From Macrostomum lignano (lineage: Eukaryota), in assembly GCA_002269645.1 (NCBI GenBank), contig NIVC01001859.1, positions 120,444 to 184,443 of the forward strand: DNA of 64,000 nucleotides. The letters run 5' to 3'. Positions 12,264-28,010 of the stretch are shown here, one piece after another. The stretch's first letter is position 1. The number at the start of each line of letters is the position of its first letter. The notes under the pieces are model-generated. The model had not been told where the DNA came from and did not search any database. It worked only from the letters and a program-made list of their open reading frames with translations. The position numbers and the translations under genes were made by a program.

Positions 12264-12774
12264 TTGTTGGAATTTCGGCACCAAATTAAGCTGAACTACA
12301 TCTGGGACTGCTCCGATAATAAACACGATATCACAATGTCAGAGTATTACGAGTAGTCCAGAGTTAAAAACAATATTATTCAATAATTATTATAGAAGAT
12401 GCACACTTTTATCAGAAGGACTGGGAGTATAATTTTTTTTCGGCTTTTCAATAATATTAATTTAGTCAAGTGACATCATTTCTGAATTAATTTAGTAACT
12501 ACTAGCTACCCGTTTCCTGGGGGAGATTAAATTAATTTTGTAATAATTTCAAAATAACACCCGGACCTCAGGCTGTCAGCCGGAAGTCAACTTAAACGGG
12601 AGATTAATTAAACAGGTCAATTTCTGAATTATATTTTTTGTATATTAAAAGTGTAGTGATGAATAGGCGGCTGAGTTTGAGCGGCCTTTTGGATTTCACT
12701 TTCTTAGAAACAGAACTTTAGGGCCTGCGAAAATTCTGACAATTTTTTATTTACATAATTGATGCAAAGTCTGT

Positions 12775-13770
12775 ATATATAGTCTGACAATGGGACAGTA
12801 CGTATATAGTCTGACAATGGACAGTATGTATATAGTCTGACAATGGGACAGTACGTATATAGTCTGACAATGGACAGTATATATACCGGTATAGTCTGAC
12901 AATGGGACAGTATATATACCGGTATAGTCTGACAATGGGACAGTATGTATACCGGTATAGTCTGACAATGGGACAGTATATATATATATATATAGTCTGA
13001 CAATGGACAGTACGTATATAGTCTGACAATGGGACAGTATGTATTTAGTCTGACAATGGACAGTATATATACCGGTATAGTCTGACAATGGGACAGTATA
13101 TATACCGGTATAGTCTGACAATGGGACAGTATGTATACCGGTATAGTCTGACAATGGGACAGTATATATTCCGGTATAGTCTGACAATGGGACAGTATCT
13201 ATACCGGTATAGTCTGACAATGGGACAGTATGTATACCGGTATAGTCTGACAATGGGACAGTATCTATACCGGTATAGTCTGACAATGGGACAGTATCTA
13301 TACCGGTATAGTCTGACAATGGGACAGTATCTATACCGGTATAGTCTGACAATGGGACAGTATATATTCCGGTATAGTCTGACAATGGGACAGTATCTAT
13401 ACCGGTATAGTCTGACAATGGGACAGTATATATACCGGTATAGTCTGACAATGGGACAGTATCTATACCGGTATAGTCTGACAATGGGACAGTATCTATA
13501 CCGGTATAGTCTGACAATGGGACAGTATCTATACCGGTATAGTCTGACAATGGGACAGTATCTATACCGGTATAGTCTGACAATGGGACAGTATCTATAC
13601 CGGTATAGTCTGACAATGGGACAGTATCTATACCGGTATAGTCTGACAATGGGACAGTATCTATACCGGTATAGTCTGACAATGGGACAGTATCTATACC
13701 GGTATAGTCTGACAATGGGACAGTATCTATACCGGTATAGTCTGACAATGGGACAGTATGTATAGTCTGA
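12775..13770. repeat. 33-bp minisatellite with degenerate 5' end
   Basis: Unit GTATAGTCTGACAATGGGACAGTATCTATACCG; junctions form the palindrome TATACCGGTATA. Confidence 0.95.
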
Positions 13771-13827
13771 CCAAGTTAATCGGTGCACAAGCATTCAGCG
13801 GCAGGTCAACATCATCCCGTTCTGGCC

Positions 13828-16198
13828 TCAGTTGATCCGCACGTTCATCTGCGTAGTTCGGGTGAACTGTCGGCAAAAATTCACTGCCGCCGCGTGCTCG
13901 GGCGTGTCAGTTACCATGGCAACCCGTCGATAGCGATTGTCCGCTGCCGCACTCGTCAACGGTTGTCGCGGAGCCGCAGAGAGGCCGTTTCCGTTTCCGT
14001 TTCCATTTCCGCCGCAGCGGCAGGCAATCCGCAACTTTCTACGAAACTCAGTCCGAAACGATTTGCTAGCCAGATTGTAGATGACCGGATTTAAGCAGTG
14101 GTTCAGGTAGAACAGAGTTCGCAACAGATGCGTGAGTAAGTAGGCTCGGTCGCCACCTGCCGGTCCCGAGGTGAGCAAACTGTAACAGTCGCTGCTGCAG
14201 AAGCACAGGGCGATGCTTCTAAACGGGGTGGTGGTGAGAAAGTAGGCCGCAGCCACTATGCAGTTGACGTACACGACCCGACGCCTGCGCCGCAGGGCAG
14301 TCTGGTTGATCTGCACCCGACGCTGCGACGCTCCGCCGCGAAGCTGCTTGCACGACTTCAACAGGCTGCGCAGGACCACGGTGTACAGCACGGCAATCAG
14401 AGCCATGGGCAGGTAGAGCTCGAGTACAGTGCTCAGAGTGTAGAATACGGCAGGCGGCAGGAACATCATGGTAGCATTGAGATCGTTTGGCAGCGGCAGT
14501 TCGCAGTGATAATAGTTAACCGCTTCCGTTGCCATGGTGTCGTTGTCCGCTAGACCGAATTCGGTGTACATTTCCGCCCGGCCGCCGATAAAGAATGGAA
14601 TGGGCTCGGCCAGAGCCACCAGCCACAGCAGGGCAACGGAGCTGGTGCGCAGTGAGCGTTTGGCTAGCAGGGCTGGAGCGCGCATCGGGAAGCAGACCAC
14701 CAGAAGGCGTTCCAGAGCAATGAGGACAATCGTCAGGCTGGAGCCCATGGTGAATGCGTGCTCCAGGCTGAATCCCAGCTTGCCTGCAGGAGTTAGGGGA
14801 AGAAGGCAGTGGTTACTTTGTTCATTGATTTGTTTTAGCAGAATCGATGAGAGATGGATAATAAAGAGGAGAAAGAAACAGGGCAGGGGTGCAAGTAGAA
14901 GTTTGGTGAAAGTTACGGAACATCTCAGAAGACTCACTGAGGATTCATTCGAAGGAGAGAGAAAGAGCTGAAGGGGAGAAATACATGGGGAGATGCAGGC
15001 AGAGTTGCAGAGTGAGACACATGTTGTAACAGAGTAGATGGATTTAGGGTGAGACACGGGTGAGATGAAAATGAGAAATGCTGGGTGAGACAGGGGGTGA
15101 GATGCAGGGTTGAGACACGGGATGAGACATAGAAGAGATGAAAAGTAAAACAAGGGATGAAACAGAGTGGGGTGATGCAGGGTGAGACAAAGAGGGCAAA
15201 GAATAGAGGACAGATGTAGGGTTAAGACAAGGGGTGCGACAGAGAGGAGAGATGCAGGGTAACACACGGGATGAGACAGAAGAGAGAGATGCAGGGTGAT
15301 ACACTGGGTGGGACAGAAGAGAGAGATGCAGGGTGAGACAGAGAGAAAAGATGCAGGGTGAGACACGGGGTGAGACAGAGGAGAGAGATGCAGGGTGAGA
15401 CAAGGGATGAGATAGAGGAGAGATGCAGGGTGACACACGGGCTGAGACAGAGACGAGATGCAAGGTGAGACACGGGGTGAGGCAGAAGAGATAGATGCAG
15501 GGTGAGACAAGGAGTGAGACAGAGGGGAGAGATTCAGGGGTGAGACAAAGGGTGAGACAGCGGAGAGAGATGCAGGATGAGACACAGAGTGCGAATCGGT
15601 GCTCACAGACAATGGCAGGTCTGTAGACAGTCTTGAAGTCGTCCAGAATGCTGTGCGGCACGCACACCAGCAGAGACAGCATGTCGGCCAGCGCCAGATT
15701 AACCAGCAGCGCGTTGACCCTCGTGTGCAGCTGCTTGCTGCTGCCAACCACCAGTATAACCATGGCGTTGCCAGCCAAGCCGGTCACCATGACAACAATC
15801 TTGACTAGGAATAGAAAAACTCTATGCCAGGTAATACAGCCATAACTAACTGGGATTTCTTGAGTTTCCTGGGAGAAATTTGCGTTTATCTAAATTAAGA
15901 GCGCGTTTGCCAAAAACTGCATCAAGACTGCATTTATCCCCAAAATTGGAGAGATGCCTGTGGCGGGAGAAGGCCCAGAGTAGGGAGCCGCAGACTCGGC
16001 CAATCGCTAAGCAGACTTTAAAAAGAATCGATTTTGTCCGAGGCCCGTCGGAGTGACGTCCCCGGGCTCAGCTGCTCTTCCCATTTGCTGGGAGATTAGA
16101 GCTGACTCCGGTCTGCTCTGAGCGGCTGGGCTGCTTGCGCTTCATCTCACAGGCCACAGTTACAGTGGCGAAGGACTGGTCTGTCCGCGAGCCTGGGA
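13828..16198 (-). CDS. Class A (rhodopsin-like) peptide-type GPCR; extreme N-terminus not resolved
   Basis: Exons 16198-16151 (tentative), 15804-15607, 14783-13828, in phase. TM1 GLAGN, TM2 NLALADML, CKL junction across the intron, TM3 IALERL, TM5 YLPMALIAVLY, TM6 TTPFR, TM7 NHCLNPVIY, helix 8 FRTEFRR. Confidence 0.9.
15040..15590. repeat. Degenerate GAGA/GGGTGAGACA repeat in GPCR intron
   Basis: Recurrent GAGATGCAGGGTGAGACA motif. Confidence 0.8.
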
Positions 16199-16204
16199 CT
16201 GCAT

Positions 16205-16467
<263 letters not shown>

Positions 16468-16842
16468 GCTTTCCGTCCTCTAACATTTTTTCTCCTAAAA
16501 AGCCAAAATCCTCCGCGAATTATCAGGACTCTTTTGAGGATTCGCTTTGCATCTTTTCCTATTTTCTTCGAAATTGCAATGCTTTGCGTCAGAAGCGATT
16601 TTCGAATTCCTTAAAATAATCGGAAATGGGCGATTTCGGGCCCAGACAGAGGCTGAGATTCTGGACACCTTTGCAAATTGCAGGCATAATTGGCCAGCAA
16701 CACAAAGTGGCCGCGCACATGCAGGTAGATGGTCGGGTGAGAGCCAAACTGACTAAACCGCCTAATCCCACCTAAGATTAAATCTTTTTTTCGCTACTGC
16801 ATACATATATGCATACGCTCGTAAATGCATACACCTTTTCTG

Positions 16843-19630
16843 ACTGTGACCCATTCTCACTGTGACCCATTCTCACTGTGACCCATTCTCACAGTGACCC
16901 ATTCTCACTGTGACCCATTCTCACTGTAACCCATTCTCACTGTGACCCATTCTCACTGTGACCCATTCTCACTGTGACCCATTCTCACAGTGACCCATAA
17001 TTCTCACTGTGACCCATTCTCACTGTGACCCATTCTCACTGTGACCCATTCTCCCTGTGACCCTTTCTCACTGTGACCGATTCTCACTGTGACCCATTCT
17101 CACTGTGACCCATTCTCACTGTGACCCATTCTCACCGTGACCGATTCTCACTGTGACCCATTCTCACTGTGACCCATTCTCACTGCGACCCATTCTCACT
17201 GTGACCCATTCTCACTGTGACCCATTCTCACCGTGACCGATTCTCACTGTGACCCATTCTCACTGTGACCCATTCTCACTGTGACCCATTCTCACCGTGA
17301 CCGATTCTCACTGTGACCCATTCTCACTGTGACCCATTCTCACTGTGACCCATTCTCACAGTGACCCATTCTCACTGTGACCCATTCTCACTGTAACCCA
17401 TTCTCACTGTGACCCATTCTCACTGTGACCCATTCTCACTGTGACCCATTCTCACAGTGACCCATAATTCTCACTGTGACCCATTCTCACTGTGACCCAT
17501 TCTCACTGTGACCCATTCTCACTGTGACCCTTTCTCACTGTGACCGATTCTCACTGTGACCCATTCTCACTGTGACCCATTCTCACTGTGACCCATTCTC
17601 ACCGTGACCGATTCTCACTGTGACCCATTCTCACTGTGACCCATTCTCACTGCGACCCATTCTCACTGTGACCCATTCTCACTGTGACCCATTCTCACCG
17701 TGACCGATTCTCACTGTGACCCATTCTCACTGTGACCCATTCTCACTGTGACCCATTCTCACCGTGACCGATTCTCACTGTGACCCATTCTCACTGTGAC
17801 CCATTCTCACTGTGACCCATTCTCACTGCGACCCATTCTCACTGTGACCCATTCTCACTGTGACCCATTCTCACCGTGACCGATTCTCACTGTGACCCAT
17901 TCTCACTGTGACCCATTCTCACTGTGACCCATTCTCACAGTGACCCATAATTCTCACTGTGACCCATTCTCACTGTGACCCATTCTCACTGTGACCCATT
18001 CTCACTGTGACCCATTCTCACTGTGACCGATTCTCACTGTGACCCATTCTCACTGTGACCCATTCTCACTGTGACCCATTCTCACCGTGACCGATTCTCA
18101 CTGTGACCCATTCTCACTGTGACCCATTCTCACTGTGACCCATTCTCACTGCGACCCATTCTCACTGTGACCCATTCTCACTGTGACCCATTCTCACCGT
18201 GACCGATTCTCACTGTGACCCATTCTCACTGTGACCCATTCTCACTGTGACCGATTCTCACTGTGACCCATTCTCACTGTGACCCATTCTCACTGCGACC
18301 CATTCTCACTTTGACCCATTCTCACTGTGACCCATTCTCACTGTGACACATTCTCACTGTGACCCATTCTCACTGTGACCCATTCTCACTGTGACCCATT
18401 CTCACTGTGACCCATTCTCACTGTGACCCATTCTCACTGTGACCCATTCTCACTGTGACCCATTCTCACTGTGACCCATTCTCACTGTGACCCATTCTCA
18501 CTGTGACCCATTCTCACTGTGACCCATTCTCACTGTGACCGATTCTCACTGTGACCCATTCTCACAGTGACCCATTCTCACTGTGACCCATTCTCACTGT
18601 AACCCATTCTCACTGTGACCCATTCTCACTGTGACCCATTCTCACTGTGACCCATTCTCACTTTGACCCATTCTCACTGTGACCCATTCTCACTGTGACC
18701 CATTCTCACTGTGACCCATTCTCACTGTGACCCATTCTCACTGTGACCCATTCTCACTGTGACCCATTCTCACTGTGACCCATTCTCACTGTGACCCATT
18801 CTCACTGTGACCCATTCTCACTGTGACCCATTCTCACTGTGACCCATTCTCACTGTGACCGATTCTCACTGTGACCGATTCTCACTGTGACCCATTCTCA
18901 CTGTGACCCATTCTCACCGTGACCGATTCTCACTGTGACCCATTCTCACTGTGACCCATTCTCACTGTGACCCATTCTCACTGCGACCCATTCTCACTGT
19001 GACCCATTCTCACTGTGACCCATTCTCACCGTGACCGATTCTCACTGTGACCCATTCTCACTGTGACCCATTCTCACTGTGACCGATTCTCACTGTGACC
19101 CATTCTCACTGTGACCCATTCTCACTGCGACCCATTCTCACTTTGACCCATTCTCACTGTGACCCATTCTCACTGTGACCGATTCTCACTGTGACCCATT
19201 CTCACTGTGACCCATTCTCACTGTGACCCATTCTCACTGTGACCCATTCTCACAGTGACCCATTCTCACTGTGACCCATTCTGACTGTGACCCATTCTCA
19301 CTGTGACCCATTCTCACTGTGACCCATTCTCACTGTGACCCATTCTCACTGTGACTTATTCTCACTGTGACCCATTCTCACTGTGACCCATTCTCACTGT
19401 GACCGATTCTCACTGTGACCCATTCTCACTGTGACCCATTCTCACTGTGACCCATTCTCACTGTGACCCATTCTCACTGTGACCCATTCTCACTGTAACC
19501 CATTCTCACTGTAACCCATTCTCACTGTGACCGATTCTCACTGTGACCCATTCTCACTGTGACCCATTCTCACTGTGACCCATTCTCACTGTGACCCATT
19601 CTCACTGTGACCCATTCTCACTGTGACCTG
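16843..19630. repeat. 16-bp satellite, ~170 copies, with higher-order structure
   Basis: Unit CTCACTGTGACCCATT; recurring variant patterns. Confidence 0.97.
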
Positions 19631-20209
19631 TTCTCAGTTTGATTGTCTGAATTGGGAAAATATGAACCGCGTTTTATCGATAGTATATCAAAATTTATCG
19701 ATGTTCAAAATTTGTTTTTGCTTTAATTTGTGCCTTACTTTGTGGCAGACAAAAATCAAAAGTCTGCCCTTTATTTTAATTTCGACAGAAGGGAGAAAAA
19801 AAATATAAAAGTACATGTAAATATAGAAACAGTTTAAACAAGATACTAGTAGAATGAAATTATAACTTTCCAGAGCATATTCACAGTGCACAGAGCCTAT
19901 ACTAACAGGGCATCAACAGACGCTGTTTCGGGATGAGGGTTAATTCTGGCTTTGGTTGGGATCCAAATAAACCCAAAAAATGATTTCCGGTAATTTTTAC
20001 GCGTGTTCAAAGACCTCACGTGACCTTACTAAAAAGGATTGTTGTTTCTTAGAAAAGTTTTGAAGGCTCGCTGAATTTTGCTTGAGTCGATTATAACAAA
20101 AGTCAGGTTTATTTATTCACGCTTCGTTTACTATTACTAAGCGATCATCATTGTTTTCTTAGAAACAGTATTTCAGATGACCTTAAATGTTCTATAATGA
20201 ATCTCCGCC

Positions 20210-24128
<3,919 letters not shown>

Positions 24129-24515
24129 GATAGAAGGGCTTTGTATTAAAAACTGTTTCTTATTTAGGCTTTGTATTTTCAGAACTAAAAAACTGTCACC
24201 TACGCAAGTTAAATTTTATCGCTACTAGGAGAAGCTTTAGTATTTCAAACAAAGGTTTTATACTTATATAGTTAGTTATTGGTTTTTCGAACATTTGAAT
24301 GTAAAAATATTTAAAATAAATTCTTTTAAGGCACTAAAAGTAATAAAATATTATTTAAGCGTCCTAGAACTGTTTACTATGGTACTAAGCTGTGCCCCGT
24401 ATTTTAAATTCTACGACTATTTCGGTTAAAATTATCAACCACGACAGAAACTCAGTCAACAGTTGATTCCTGTCAATAAATCTATATATTTTTGTCGTGT
24501 CTTGTTCTAATAGAA

Positions 24516-26197
24516 ATGTTTCAAGAACAGAAACAGAAGCAGACACTTCCAAATTCCGACTCAAAATGTCTAATGGAAAACTGGGTCGAAGAGGTGAGTA
24601 CAAACTTAGATTTTTGGTGGATGGACAAAAACGTGAATTTTTCTCATCTTTAACGTAAATTTTATTCTCTCTTGAAACTTTCAATAAACAATTTAAAGTG
24701 CAAGTGAATCAATCATCCTTTGCTATTTTATTAAAAGCGGTATCTTGATCCGTTTTATACAGAAAATACCTGCTGCAGTTTACTTGGTTACAAATCTCGG
24801 CAATTACGAGTAGTTTCAAATAAAAGCTTTAGTTTTTCAGAATATTTCCTTTCTGACAGTAGAAAAAAATTACTGCGAATTCTATTTTACTGTATGTCTA
24901 CTACACCATGAAGAAAGTAGAAGAATTTTGCCGTGAATGACTGGATGTATTGTAATGTTAAATAGCTTGTTCAGTGCTTACATTCAGCTAAGAACTAAAT
25001 TTAAAAAATATTTAAAATTAAAATTTATTTTATTTTATTTAGTCAATTAAAATCCAATTTTGCTTCAATTTACGATGATATTCTCGTAAAAAAAGAATAT
25101 CATTTTTATGATTGTTTTATTTTCAGTAGAATAGTCTTTGAAATCTATGTAAATTTAGTACAATCAGTGGATTTTTGTTGTTAGTGACTTAAAATTTGAT
25201 CCATTTTAAATTTAAATTGGAAGCAGTTAAAACAAATATTAAAACTTTTTTGTATCATTAAATCAAAACATGTATTTTTCTCCTAAAGTACCTCAAAATG
25301 GATAGTATGCTGTGAAAATCGAAATTATTTACAGTTAATAACTATAATTTACACATGCTAGATACTAACAGTCTAGAATATTCTAAATCAAGTTTGTTAC
25401 AAAACTATAACACAGCGACTGACAAGCGGCGTGGACGATCGAGCGAAGCGCGACATACTGAAGCATGGAAACAAGGGCATCTTGTCACTGGACAGATTTC
25501 AAGAATCTGACACCGTCACTCACACGGATTATAAAAGGCATGAAGTTAAAAGCCAATGCACTCAAGGTAAAGCTTATAATTCTAATCAATACTGAACAGC
25601 CTTGATATAAATTTATTTTACTAATAAATTACTCCAGTTTAATATCCCTTATTAAAGGTGCTCGAAGTCGCCTTCAGGAGCAGGAGCTGCTAAAGCAGTT
25701 TGAGTAAGTCTCATTTTTAACTTAATTATTATTTGTTAAAAATTAGCAAAAACGATTCAAATCAAATTAATAAAAATCTTTTGATTCCGAAATTCCCGAC
25801 AGACGCGAGGCGGAAGAGGAATTCAGCGGCGAAGCGGTGGAACCCGTGACCGCCTCCGTGACTAAAACCGACTTTTTTAGTCGCGAATTCGTGTCTAAGC
25901 CGCCAGCGCCAACTAGGGTGAGTAAACCTGCATTTGACTACTGACAAATAGCCACTGAGTAGTGGGTGTACATGTAGACTTTTCTTAAATAAACATAACC
26001 AATTCTTTTCAGAATCACAATTACGAGATTGATCAGCCGATAACTTTTTGGACAGAGCACCGAGACAGGGCAACAGTGAGTTTACAACTAAACTGCAACT
26101 TAGTTAGTTAGTTAGTTGGTTAGCTAGTTAGTTAGTTAGTCAGTCAGTCAGTTAGTTAGTTTGTTTGTTTGCTTGTTAGTTAGTTAGTCAGTCAGTC

Positions 26198-26240
<43 letters not shown>

Positions 26241-26379
26241 CAGTCAGTCAGTTAGTTAGTTAGTTTGTTTGTTTGTTTGTTAGTTAGTTAGTCAGTCAGT
26301 CAGTTAGTTAGTCAGTTAGTTAGTTAGTTAGTTAGTTAGTCAGTCAGTCAGTCAGTCAGTCAGTTAGCTAGTTAGTTAA

Positions 26380-26424
<45 letters not shown>

Positions 26425-26425
26425 C

Positions 26426-26488
<63 letters not shown>

Positions 26489-26533
26489 CAGTTAGTTAGT
26501 TTGTTAGTTAGTTAGTTAGTTAGTTAGTTAGTC

Positions 26534-26592
<59 letters not shown>

Positions 26593-26650
26593 CAGTCAGT
26601 CAGTTAGATAGCTAGTTATTTAGCTAGTTAGTTAATTATTTCATTAGTTC

Positions 26651-26690
<40 letters not shown>

Positions 26691-26894
26691 ATTAATTAAT
26701 TAGATAGTCAATATGCAATTTTGTCAACATTGCAAGCAACATCAATGCTAACAATCCACCCCCACCAGGGACTGACCCAGGTGAAAGCCAGAGACACGCC
26801 GTTTCGCAGAAACGACGCCTTCAGCCAGCCAATAGGCGAGTACTGGAACGAGCCGAAACCGCACGAGCTGGACAAATACCCAATGAGCGGCTGA
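24516..26894 (+). CDS. SPAG8: Sperm-associated antigen 8-like ciliary microtubule inner protein, ~192 aa
   Basis: Exons 24516-24593, 25416-25566, 25658-25703, 25803-25917, 26013-26075, 26769-26894; 579 nt in frame. Motifs KCLMENWVEER, KHGNKGIL, TVTHTDY, QPITFW, DTPFRRNDAFSQP match the SPAG8 pattern. Confidence 0.85.
26099..26705. repeat. (TTAG)n/(TCAG)n microsatellite in SPAG8 intron 5
   Basis: Direct reading. Confidence 0.95.
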
Positions 26895-27287
26895 TTCAAA
26901 TATATTTTATTGTCTCGGGAGTTGAAATAATTAAAAGTAAAACAATTACCTGCACATTTCACCAGAAATAACCGAGTATACTACTTCGCCTGACACTTAA
27001 TAACAGTAGAAAATATGAGTAAATGATTTTTATCTGCCAGCATTGCGTACGCCTCTGTAACTTGTTGTTATTATGTTATAAAATTAAACAGAATAACCAT
27101 TTGTTTACCTTTCTTGCATACGCTAGCACAGAATTAAAGTCTTGACGCGAAAATCTTACGCAATATCTATTTATTAAAAGGTCAAAAGGAACTATGGAAG
27201 TTAAGAAATATGCTATGACCTTTTTTGTAACATAATTGAAAACCTATACAAGCCTAGCCTCGCCTGTTAAACACTAGCTGCTAGTTA

Positions 27288-27636
27288 TCAAACTTTGCTC
27301 AGGGGCAGAAGCATTCGCTTCTTCTCCTCCAGCTGCATGTGGTGCAGCATGGTGGCCTCTTCCTGCATCTCCTGGCGCCTGGTGATTGCCGTCACTCCGG
27401 TGCAGGAGTTTGGCACGTTGCCAGTGCGCCGGTGGAATGCGTTGGCGTACACGAATTCCACGCATCGGCGCGACTGGCCCTTGGCAACAGCCGCCCGGCC
27501 GTACTTGGTGAGGCCCTGCTTCCACGGCATGCGGCTGGCCTCCGTCTCGGAGCGGAGAAACGGCGACTCCAGCTTCAGGTTGGCGAACCTGCCGGGTGGG
27601 ACGCGGTCTGTCTGTGCCTGTCTGTGTCTGCCTAGC

Positions 27637-27683
<47 letters not shown>

Positions 27684-27704
27684 ATGTCTGTCTGTCTGTC
27701 TGTC

Positions 27705-27793
<89 letters not shown>

Positions 27794-27834
27794 GTGTCTG
27801 TCTCTATGTCTGACTGACTGACTGTCTGTCTGTG

Positions 27835-27919
<85 letters not shown>

Positions 27920-27944
27920 GTTTGTCTGTCTGTCTGTCTGTCTG

Positions 27945-28010
<66 letters not shown>

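Noticed and set aside
9435-13794. Long ORFs such as (SLTL)n, (VRDR)n, (CSLGM)n, (YRYSLTMGQYL)n
   Set aside because: They are translations of stop-free tandem repeats with units divisible by 3, open in several frames at once, with no splice or codon evidence. The same applies to similar ORFs at 4508, 32412, 41538, 54545 and 59783.
16589-16771. N-terminal exon of the GPCR (..MPAICK|G donor)
   Set aside because: It is phase-compatible but has a weak donor and no supporting motif, so it is not included in the model.
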